Shown here: piece after piece, positions 1 to 11,324 of the stretch
Position numbering within the stretch: position 1 is the first letter of the stretch
How the letters are laid out: each line of letters begins with the position of its first letter
Program-made: the position numbers and the translations under genes
Notes under the pieces: generated by a model
Told to the model about the DNA's origin: nothing
The model's input: only the letters and a program-made list of their open reading frames with translations
Database searches by the model: none
Source of the DNA: Halocafeteria seosinensis
Lineage: Eukaryota
Assembly: GCA_001687465.1 (NCBI GenBank)
Contig: LVLI01000229.1
Coordinates: 186,001 to 250,000, forward strand
Reading direction: 5' to 3'
Length of the DNA stretch: 64,000 bases

Positions 1-3000
1 TTCTGGAGCAGCCAGTTCCAAGTTAAAGTTGAAGAACGACAAAATCTGTAAAGCACGTTCCATCGAGCTTGGCCATTGCACACGTGTCCTTGCAAAGATC
101 GCCACCACTTGGAAATAATCTAAACCAATTGTAAATGCCGCAAGTTGGATCTGCTTAGCATTGATCAAGTATCCACCAACGGTAGCACCAATAGCAACGA
201 CTGCGAACATAACACCAAGTAGCCAAGCATGGTTTGGGCACGGTTCGCATTCACCATTGATCCGGAAATGAGTTCCATCTGCACACATGCTGCAGCGTGT
301 GGACGTATAGCCGTCTGCACACGTATTGTTGCCAATGCAGGCAAACTTAGGCTCGCATGCGAGGAATACGGGACACTCGTCGCGTCCTTGACGCTTTTTG
401 TGACATCTACTGGAGGGAGTCGTATCATTCACTCTCCAGAATCCTTCCTCCGAGTAGACAAGGTCGATCCTACGCTCCCCTCCAGGGCAGATTGCTCCTA
501 CTTCCTCTTTCGGACAATATAAACACGACTCGCCTTCTAACCCGTACCAGTCGGGTTCGCACCGGCTCACTATGAATTCTCGCCATTTAGGAAAATTCAC
601 TTGTCTCTCCGCTACCGTAAGGTTTATACTCTTTGGACCTACGCCATCGCGTTGCATTCGACACTCAATAAATGAATCACTTTGCACGAAGGCGTTCTCG
701 CAGGGAATACCACCCAGTACCACAGAAACGGATTTCGTTGCTGGTCCAAAGTTTTGGCCTTCTATCATGATCACTTCGCCTTCAGCATCCGGGGTATTAG
801 GCTTTACAGCTACGATCCGGGGAGGATCGTATGACATCATGGCAGTTTCAACCGAGCCAACCCCACCAACCGTCACTTTCGTAACCAACTGAGTACCAAT
901 TCCAGGAGCTAGTACGCAATATACTTCGTCGTGCTTCATCGCACTGAGTAAAGCAGCCGTGATTGCGCATGGCTCTTCTCCCACGCGCACCCCAACAACC
1001 CCAGCAGAGGGGCCAAATTTTTACCAATTATGCGAAGCGGTACGTTACCAGATGCAGGAAAGCAATTTGGGTATTCCTTCATGCAGTCTTCGTTTCCGTT
1101 TAGAGTCGTGCATCTGTCGAAGGGGACGCAGGTTCGACTGGTTTGAAAGTCGTCGTTTGACCGGTCAACTTGGAAAACCTCAGGAGGATCGTATGTGAAC
1201 GCCAAAGGCGCCAGTAAGCCAGCAATGGGACTGCTCCACCCGTCAACGAGTACGCTAACTTGGTTCTCACCGTATCCTTCCGGGAGTGTGAATGCAGCCA
1301 TGGTATGGTTGAGCGATGCACCGAGAACTTCTTTGCCCCCGAAAACCACTCTTCCACTAACGCCGAAGTTCTCCCCTGTCACCACCACAGTAATCGGGTT
1401 GTTTGTATCATCCAGACCCGAAGTCGGATTCTCTCCGGTCAGGGTAAATATAGTATCCATACGGGCAGGTCTATACGAAAGCAACTTGTCGTCGACTACC
1501 GTCTGACCATCAACAGTGACTCGTATTTCCACATTATCGCCTTGGCCATTAGGCGGAATACATTCGATTTCTTGGTGATCGGAGCGAACAATTGTACACG
1601 TTTCTCCTCCAACAAGTACCGTTACATCGGGTGAATTAACTGCTACGGGAAGTCCAGGTCCTGTGGGAGGCCCAAAGTTATCTCCCTGAATTATTATCCT
1701 GTCCTCATCAGGGTTGACAAAAGTAGGAATAGATTGCGGTTCCACATCGCTTAAGACAGGCTTGTCAAAACTTATCGTGAAACTATCTTGGTTACTAGTC
1801 TGCCACGTATAGAATGTAGCAGGTAAGTCGGCGCCGGAGCCCTCAGGCAACATCACCCGGAGGGTGTCATGGTGATGATAGGTAATGTTGACAGGCCCCA
1901 ATCCGAACACATCTAGGTCCGTGTCCTCACCAAGGGCACTAGAGCCGAAATTGCGCCCTTGAATGAGTATTTCGCCTCCTTGCGTAGGTATCTTCTGCGA
2001 TGATACTTGTATTTGCCGACCCGCGAATGTAGTGGCACAGTCACTGTCCTGTCTGACGTATACCACTCGTTCCAGATTGTCGGGAGCGAGTTGGACCAAA
2101 CAAACAGTAGGTGAAGCATAATCTATAGTGAACTCATTGTCTGGAGAGGACACTCCATTGACTTCTATATTCACCGAAAGTTCTTTCCCGACGTTTTCCG
2201 ACGTTATACACGTGATGTTAGCTCGCCATATTCCGTCATTGCTTTGGATAGGATTCAGCGACCCCTTGACAGCACAGTTCCTTCCTCCGATATCTATCTT
2301 GACGTCTGCAATATCCGTTTGAGGATCAATTCCTTGGATGTCGAACAAAATGAGTTCCTCGTTCCCACTAGTGTTAAAATCGGGCCAAGTAATGTAGGCG
2401 TTCTGACCGGCGATTGTAGGTGCAAGCTGACCAAACTCTCTTGTTTCCGATTCTGCCGGCTGATCCAAAACCTTGATGCGCAGAGCATAAGATGACTTCA
2501 TTAGATTCGGTATAACCATACGAATCTGATTGTGACCGTACTTTTCAGGCGGAATGAGTACCACGACATCATCGACATAAACGGAAGCACAGCAGAGGCT
2601 GCTCTCACATGATTCACCCCCACAAAAGTTCTCCCCATCAATAACAACTTCAAACTCGCCCCCAATAGCTACTCTCGGAGCAATATTGGACAGTTTAGGA
2701 GCACCATAATTAAACCATACTGGACTAGATATTGTGTCTCCTAATTTTACCATTACTGCTCGGTTGGCACCAAATCCTTCGGGCAGAATGAAACTGACCT
2801 CTTGCAGCCCCGACTCCAAGTCAACCCATTGAAGATCTGCAGATGAAATGCCTATTTCGTGAATACTTTCTAACCATGCTTGAAGAGCATCTCCATTAAG
2901 TCCTTCCGCGTTAGCTTTGGAAACGTACTCAGTAGGATGACCTTGCTGGATGGGGAAGAAACGCCCCAGTGTACTCCCGATCTCGTCAACGAATGAGTTT

Positions 3001-6000
3001 TGTTCAACCAATCGGGCTAGCTTGCCGCTACTGTCCATTAAAACTGATACGTCAAATTGTTTCAATAAGTTAACCCCAAAGTTATATCCCCGAAGATACA
3101 CTCGAGGCATACTCCCGTGGATTGTTTGGAAGCCAGTGGGACCATTGTCCGGTTCGATGGATACAATCATCGGAGGAGCGTAGTTTGTGCTCGCTGTGCT
3201 CCGGGCACTTCTCTGACCAGCAACACCCACAATCCATCTGTGGTTACTCCCAGATCCTTTATCTAGCCGGCACCGGATACGAGTGTGGTTCAAGACACGA
3301 CAAGAACTGGCCATGTGCTCTGATCCGCGATTTCCAAAGGATACTCCATCCAATAAACCGCCATGCACCGTCGGGATACCGAAGTTTTCTCCGATAATGT
3401 CGACTTGCTCACCGCCGAGTGTGCTGAGAGCGTTAGGGTCAGATTCGTCTACTCCTTCAAACCCTGTAACCACTGGTGGAGCGTATCCTGTGGTGGATAT
3501 TTCTGAGCTCTGTTGACCTATCGTTACTGTCCAAAAATGGTCGGTGCCGGCCCCAGCGGCTGTTAGGCAACGCAGATTAGCATCATCGATGGACTCACAA
3601 GTATCAACAGCAAACGTCTCATTTCCTTCGCCATATGATACACTATCCGGGATGGTCCCAGGGGGACCAAAATAGCTTCCACCCACAATAACTTCCTCCT
3701 CTCCCCGTGTGTCGAAATCATGGGTTCCCTGGCCAATAGGTTCAAACCTACCGCGTCGGTAACTGGCAATGATGGGAGGGTGGTAGTTACTAGCATTTTT
3801 CAAGACGCCAGACTCTTGGCTACTAACCACGACTCTCCACTGATGATCTTTACCTATTCCTGCAACAGTGGTACATTCCAAAAGAATATGATCGACATCT
3901 AGCACACAATCAACTGCCTCGTATTCCAAATGTCTTCCATAGAATACACGGACTGGCAGTGGATCAAGCCACCGAGGCCCAAAATTTAGTCCCCTCAGCA
4001 GCACGATCGTTTTGCCTTTAGTGTCAAGGTTAGTGGGGGGACTACCGAGGATATCCGTTACAGTGGTCAACACAGGAGGGTCATACGCGAGCGAATCTTC
4101 ATAGTCACTTTTTTCTGACTGCAGTCCAGACACCTCCAGCCTCCAAACGTATCCCAAACCGACTCCTGTGGGAATGTCGCACACCGCTAGCGTATGGTTG
4201 TGGAAAGTCGCGGGACATATAGCTGTGAGAGTGTACTCGTCATTCTCCATGTAAGCTCTTAGGGGATGGCCGCTCGGTCCAAAATTAGTTCCTGTCAGCA
4301 TTACTCCTTCGGAAACTCCCTCAGTCCGGATTCCTTCTGTTAAGCGGGTCACTCTATCCACCATCGGTGACGCGTATGCAGGAGGAGAGCCTGAAGTAAA
4401 CCATCCTGTTTGCTGCGCCCAAGTACTTCCCTGATTGCCCACTATTGCCATGAACTCTATTCCTTTACCAGCTCCTTCGACTGTTGTACACGTAAGTCTC
4501 TCGTCGGATATTATTTGGCACGATGCAGCAGTGTATTGCAGTCTTTCCCTGTTTCTGTACACCACCGTTACAGGAGAAATGCGCTCAAACCCTTGATTGT
4601 CGTGGATAATTTTGGGGCCAAACCCGGTACCTTCAAGAGTGAAGGGCTGTCCGCCCTGTGTTGATGCCGTTGCAGGCCAGCTTTGGACACTTGCAATGCT
4701 CGGAGCTGCGTAGGAGGATACCAATTCTGGAGCTTCGTAAAAGTCCTCATCGATGTGAAGCGTCCATAGAAGATTCCTGCCGACCCCAGCTGGCACAACA
4801 CAAGTGACACGAGTGTTATCCCATGTGCGTGTTTCCAGGGTATACTCTCGAGTACAAGTAGAATTGATGCGCAGTTTCCCATCGTTGCTCTGCAACACAG
4901 CCGACACCCTAGCATTTCGCCAAGCGGGACCTAAATCAGACCCCACAAATTCAACCGTATCACCTCCTAATGTGGAGTGTGCGTAGACACTGAATTCCGC
5001 TATAGTCATATCATTTACGTTATTGACATAAATTGTCACGTTGGCGTCAGACGTCAGTCCTTCTTCATCTTCTATTTGAACGACTGCTTGATGAAGGCTC
5101 TTGGTCTCATAATTGAGCCCCTTTCCCGAAGCAAGCCGCAATTCTTTGCCGACGAACGTTAAGAGATCAGGTACGTCACTCCATAGCACTCTGTAGGAAT
5201 AGCTCATTTCCCTATCTACAGGCGTTCGATGCCTGAATGCCAAGTCTGCCAAGACCGCGTCCGAATCACGAAGATCTTCATCAATGATGGCTTCGAATGG
5301 CTCGGCTTCAAACTCTGGCCCCGTGTTAACGAACTCCACTAACAATGTCAATTGGACTTCATCGTTATGAGACTTTTCATCTTCTACAACCACTGACAAC
5401 GAATAGTCCTTCTTTACGTTGTAATCTAGCTTGGAGCTTAGTACAAGGTTAGTCGAAGCCGTGTGCACCTGGTCAGAAAGCGCGATTTGTGTAGTGCTGA
5501 CGGGAGCTAAACTGTCCCCAGCTAACACCTTAAACGAGAGTCTGCCCGCGCTGCCTATATCGGGGTCAAACGCTTCAACTGCTTGAAGAATTGAACCAAT
5601 CTGAGCATCTTCCCGCAGCTGCACAACCGTCCCTGGTGGAATATTTCGAATGATAGGCCTCTGGGGAATGTCAATCACTGAGAGATGGATCTCACCAATT
5701 TCGCTTTCTCGGTTGGTTTGGTCAATACATACAACCTGAAGTACTCCTTGCCGGTGCGTCATAGAAAAATAGTCAATCTCCGCCGAATCTACAGCGGAAA
5801 TCTCTCCGGTTGACGGCTTGACGCGGAATAGATTTGAGAACTCCAAAGGAACTCCCCCACGGATACTGTATTGTAGAACAGAGTCTTCATTCCCGTCAGA
5901 GCACACTAATTTAAGCATCAGTATGGGACCTTGATGGTGCTCATTAACTGTGCCATCGTACCTATAGATGTCATGTGAGTTTTTCTTCACAGGGCCCACC

Positions 6001-9000
6001 CATTTTGGTGCCACTTGGCTCTCCACGACAGTTATGTCAAAGGATGTTCGAGCCGTCCGATTGGTCGAGTCTTGCACCTCGACAGTAAATTGAAATCTGT
6101 CACCTACCTCTACTCCAAAGTCAATCTTTGCTGTGTCGTTTCCATCGGCACCTTCTGAAGGATTAGCAATTGAGGCATTTGTGTTCATACCAAGCTCCAA
6201 AATGGGTTGAATGAGACCATCCTCTCGAATAGAGAGAAAAAATGGACCTATCACCAACCTATACGAAAGCTCCTCTGAATCAGGATCTCTCGCTCTGACA
6301 CTACCTAAGTCGCGCTCCTGATATACTATATCCATAGTAAACGTTTGGACTGGGGGATCGAAGATGGGTGGCTCCTCAACGTCTAAAATGTCTACGCGAA
6401 CCAAGGCTTCCGTTGAAACTTCGTTAACGGTATCTTCAACTCTTATGCGCATTTGGTAAAACGCATCTGGTTTCATGGAATCATAATCAAGATGAGCTCC
6501 AGCGGCAACCTGCAGTTCTCCTGTTACCGTATTCAATGTAAAGACATCCTCATGCGACAGCTGAATAAAGCGGAACACAGAGGGGACAGACGAGTAAGGT
6601 CGGGAAGTGCCTGCGTAAACGTCTGGATCTTTAACGTCAATGGTAGCGAAAACAACGCTGGCCGGTGTCGATAATTCATATACTGATACGGTTTCTGTCG
6701 TGATCTGAGGCGGTTCAGGCACGTCCACAACGAAAATTGTAAAAGTTGCTTCCGCAGTTAGCTCTGCAGATGCTGCGTCGGTAACTCTCACTAGAATCGC
6801 ATACTCATTCTGGGATTCATAGTCTAAACCATTGCCAAGATTTACCGTCAACCGTCCAGAGGTTTGCTCCAGACTAAAGATACAGTCACTAGCGGATCCA
6901 TCCATTTCGACTATCTCAAATAAGAGTAGATTTTTTTCAAGATCGCAGAAATGCTCCAATAAGTCGACGTACGCATTTGGGTCCAATTCATTCATCGCCA
7001 AATCACTAGATGGCTGCAAGTAGCGAGGTGCCTGGTTTTGCTTCACGATATTCAACGTAATTTGAGTTTCCGCAGACATCGTGGGACCAGGCTTGGTATC
7101 AATATTGTTTGTTACCTCTGCTGTTACACGAAGTGTAACAGTTTTATCGTACGACTCACAAGTACTGCAATCAGGCGTTTGACATCGTAGGGCAATAAAG
7201 CCGGTAGTCCCAGTGATTGTAACGGAGCCGTCACTTGATAGTTCCACGCGCTCTTCTGTCTGACCTCGATTATTAATCGCACTTAGCAGTGTAAACGTAA
7301 ATTCATCGCCGTGGTCGTCGCTAGCTTCAAGGGTGGCAAGTATCCCAAACTTGCGTTCACCAATATCGATACGCGTGATCAAAATTTTGGGAGCATTTCG
7401 GAGTTCCTGTACATACACTTCTAAAGCAGTATCAATATGTCCCGAGACCCTATCAGCGTATCGTATTGGAAGGTAATTGGGTAGGTTACCTCGGTTACTG
7501 TAGTCCAAGTATTTCGGGTCCTTTACGGTTACAATTCCATTCTCGGAGACAGCGAAGACTTCGCAAGCAGTATCAAGACCGCACCCACCCTTCGCAGCGA
7601 AGATCTGATCACCATCAGGGTCGGTTACAAAGTCTTCGTGCAAAATTGTTTGTCTAAAATTGCGCTGTATGTCGTCAGTTGTTGCAACAATGGTCCCCTT
7701 TTCTGCCGCCTCCACAACATAGAGTACAGGCATTGTGTCCTTAATCCTAGGAGGTCTATTTCTTTCACTGACAGTAATCTCAAGCCTCTGTATTATTTGG
7801 CCACCGTTTTCGGGTCTATTATCACTTATTAGAATGAAGAGCGTCATGGCAGCAGGTCCGTCCTGTAGAACCAACGGATCGGCCACACGAAGTTGCCCGG
7901 TGCAACTGTCTAAGAAAAAAGGATGCACTGCGTCTTCAAGAGAACGTCTAAGCCTTCCTCCAGCGTCGGTGAACGTATAAGTTAGCTCATCGCCGTCGGG
8001 ATCGGAAAAGATACCGTTCAAGGGCTGCCCCACCGTCTCGTTGAATGGTTGCCCCCTTCTGGCGATGACTGCAATGGAACCTGACTCGCCATCGATTCTC
8101 CGTGGAACGGAGTTGACAAACTCCACTCCGATCGAGATAGTACATTCCTTATCGAGTTGGATACTATTATCTTCCTGTAGCACCCCTTTTATTTTCACTT
8201 TGTATTTGTCACATTGGACGAATTGAAGAGTCTCCCCGGCTCCCACAGCAAGTTCTCCTTTTGTCTGAATTATTGGAGTGCTCGATGTGTCTCCATTAGG
8301 ATAATACAGAGAACTTTCATCTACCATAGACTTGATGCGAAATGGCGAATTTCCGCTAATATCATCATTGCACAATCTACCGTCCTTTCGTCGACCGTCT
8401 TCCAACACTTGCGTAATTTGGTAGATCAGTGATTGATAGGAGGTTCGTACCTCCAAAAGGAATCTTTCCCCAATTTTTGTATCACTGTCTCTTGCCACGG
8501 CTATTTCAGGAGCGAAAATATCTCTGGGATTGGAAGCGCAATGAAGATCCTTCCACATCAGCTTCTCAGCTCGTAAACCTTTATGACATACATAGTCAAC
8601 AGAACATTCGGAGCAGCCAGTCCTTCGAGATTTATCGGGCCCTTCTGGAGTTGTATAATGCCCCACTCCACAGTGGTTCTGAAATCCTTCAACACAGTAT
8701 TTCCGTGGATCATTAGACGAACAGGGTAATTCACGTGCAGAAGTACTCCCCGGAGGGCACTGAAAGCCATCATCGCATTTTCCGTTGCATTCACTGGACG
8801 TTAAGCCCTTGTCTTTGCCATACATTCCCTCTCGACATTTGAACCTCTCCCCCTTGTCACAGTAATATCCTGCATCACAGAGTTGCTGATACCATCGGTA
8901 GTTCCCGTTAGCATTAAGAGGTGCACTATAATAGCGAGGGCTCACGGACAGCGGACTTAAACTGCCAGGAGGACAGTATTTCGTCTGGCCGCCACAAGGC

Positions 9001-10132
9001 TTTTCATTACCCTCCGCGGTTCCAGCAGGACAGTATCTTCCAGCTGGGCAAATACCAGTACAAGACGGTGAGGCCTCCCCGACTCTTCCGTAGCGCCCTC
9101 CGGGACACACACCTCCATCCGTTGCTGAAGTGCTACCAGCATTGTTACAATATCTTCCTGCCGGACAGTTACGACATTGATTCACACTTCCTAAGCCTGT
9201 AGAACCCCCGTATCTACCAGCTGGGCAAGCCCCCGTGCTTACTGAACTTATTGTGTACCTTCCCTGAGGGGCAATAGGGCAATAAGACTGCCTGCTGCTA
9301 GTTTGGTAGTATCCAGATGGACTGCCAGTACATGCGCTCTTTCGACTTCCAGAAGAGTAGTAGCCTGGTGAACATGACGAGCAACCATTACTACCTGTAT
9401 TGCTAAACTGTCCCGCTCCGCAGTTTCGGCAACTGGAAGTGGTATATCGATACCGTCCTGCAGGACACGAGTTACAAGCATTGGACCCGGAAGAACTGGT
9501 TTGTCCAGCTGCAATTTTTCCCAATATAATAAATTCAATTTCAACAATCATCTCCGCAAGCTTGGCACTAATGCTTACATGAGCACGTGGTGTCCTGTTG
9601 ACTCTACAGGCTGGTCAGTATCAACCAAGCTACCACACGAGTTGGAGCTGTCGGAATTGCCCTTCAGGACAATACGCACCGTCTTCAGGGTATACGGAAT
9701 GTGTCTCCTGTCCCAGTGGCCGATATGCTTCTTCAACGCGAAGCACGTCGTGCAGCTACTGCCCGGCGGGATACTACCAGCCCTCAACCAGCCAATCCAG
9801 TTGTAGAACCTGCCCCTCCGGTCAAATATCCGGGACACAGGCCAGGGGCTGCAGTACCTGTCCAGCGGGACAATACGAACACTCTAAGCGCTGGTGTTAT
9901 AATTGCCATCGTTGCACATCAAGAAGCGAATTCGAACATGGATTGGGACGGCACTTACGCTGCAGTAACAGCAGTACAGATAACTCCTGTAATAATAGCT
10001 GTAGTAACGGTTAATGTATCTCCCAGGATGACAGTTGGACCACCTCCAGCTACATTGTGCGGAAACAACATCTAAACATCCACTCCAGATCAGCAAAAGA
10101 AGGACAAAAAGTTCGAAAGATCTCGAGAGCAT
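1..10132 (-). CDS. Giant Cys-rich repeat / cadherin / IPT-TIG / multi-TM surface protein, copy A; runs off the left edge; as assembled it is disrupted by an inverted exon 2 and a 1-nt frameshift at ~1015-1022
   Basis: Exon 1 is 10132-9959 (signal peptide MLSRSFELFVLLLLIWSGCLDVVSA, GTAAGT donor). Exon 2 is on the opposite strand at 9610-9903. Exon 3 starts at 9508 after TTGCAG. Cadherin motifs include DPDGDELTY, LDYE, DVPEPP and DPDSEELSY, and there are many IPT-like GxNFG motifs. It is colinear with copy B. Downstream of ~1014 the shifted frame again matches copy B (GPSAGVV...DYFQVVAIFARTRVQWP...LELAAPE). Confidence 0.88.
9586..9903 (+). other. Inverted segment carrying the intron-1 acceptor and nearly all of exon 2 of copy A
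   Basis: The + strand reads ...gttgactctacag|GCT GGT CAG TAT CAA CCA (AGQYQPSYHTSWSCRNCPSGQYAP...KRWCYN), homologous to minus-strand exon 2 of copies B and D. It is flanked by GCA (9583-9585) and TGC (9904-9906). The last exonic bases and GTAAG donor remain on the minus strand at 9582-9574. Confidence 0.93.
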
Positions 10133-11324
10133 GTTAACCCCCAGCGCGATGTGACGATTTCCTGTAAGTTAGGAGCAACTCCATAGTGTGAACAGTCACG
10201 TATTGTCACAATGCAAGGGTTTGACAGGGCTTTCCAGATTCCACGGAAGTATCCGTTACTCCGCAGCAAGGGAAACATTAGAAGTCGCGTAGCCCATCCC
10301 TCATAAAAGTGCCGTCACCCGCTCCTTCCATTTGGTTTAGGACGCTTAAGCCAGGAACCCAAGCATCTAATACAGAAAAGAGCTCAAACCCTTAAAAACA
10401 GGACACTAAGCCATTCTCAAGTCCTTGGAATTCTCCGTTCAATTCCGTTTACGGTCAAGGAATCAATGACAGCGGAAGCGCAAGAAATGCCATAGGAACA
10501 GTACATATACACCTATCTACCGATCTTATGTCGTGAGGGACTTACTGCTTAATGAAAATTTTCCAACAATTTGCTCTTTTAAAATTTTCCGATTTCTACT
10601 TTTGAACGAAAAAATGACGAAAACGGTTGTTACTTCTCAATATTTGTCCCCGGGGTGCTCCCCAGTGATCGGATAAATCGAAGGCTTGAGGTCGAGAGAC
10701 TTTTGCGGGTATGAAGAACCAACAAACACAGACATATCGTATGTTCTAGTTTACCTTCTAAAAGGATAGATTCCTCCAATACTTTCCAGCCTTGTTCTTC
10801 ATACTTTTTGTTGTTATTTTTGGCTCTATGCTGTCCCTGAGGCGGAAACCCGCCGACCTCACTGCTACTTCCGCCCCTTTTCGCTGCGGGATATTCCACC
10901 TGTAATCCATGATTTCACTGGCAAGCACTGCTCCTATGGGACTGTCGTGGACATGTTAGATATACAGAATGTACATTTATCGAAAAAGGGTTTGAGCTGA
11001 CCTAAACATCTTGCGACAAAGGAGTATAGACTCTATAGAGCCTGCGAGAATCTTGAGGGGACTCCGCCTCCAAACTCCGACAAGTTCAACATGGGTGTGA
11101 CATGGCCTAAAATCACTTTTAAATGCCTTTATCGAAGTACTGGCACTGGTTAGGAGGAGGATGTAGATCCTGAGCATCCCATGCAGAAGAGTGCTCAGAG
11201 GAAAATGTCGTCCTTCAAGGGCGCTATGTCGCGCAGTTCATTGGTCGCAAGTGCGATCCACCCTCCCTGAGACTAAATTAAGACTTGTCTATACTGCTCG
11301 GTTAGGAATCAAATTTTGCTTGGT

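Noticed and set aside
9509..9551. ORF-track start MIVEIEFIILGKIA for copy A
   Set aside because: It lies in intron 2 by comparison with copies B and D (GTAAG donor at 9578, TTGCAG acceptor at 9509).
9598..10014. 138-aa plus-strand ORF as an independent small Cys-rich gene
   Set aside because: It starts at TTG inside an acceptor context, lacks a signal peptide, and its homology ends exactly at 9906. It is the inverted exon 2 of copy A.
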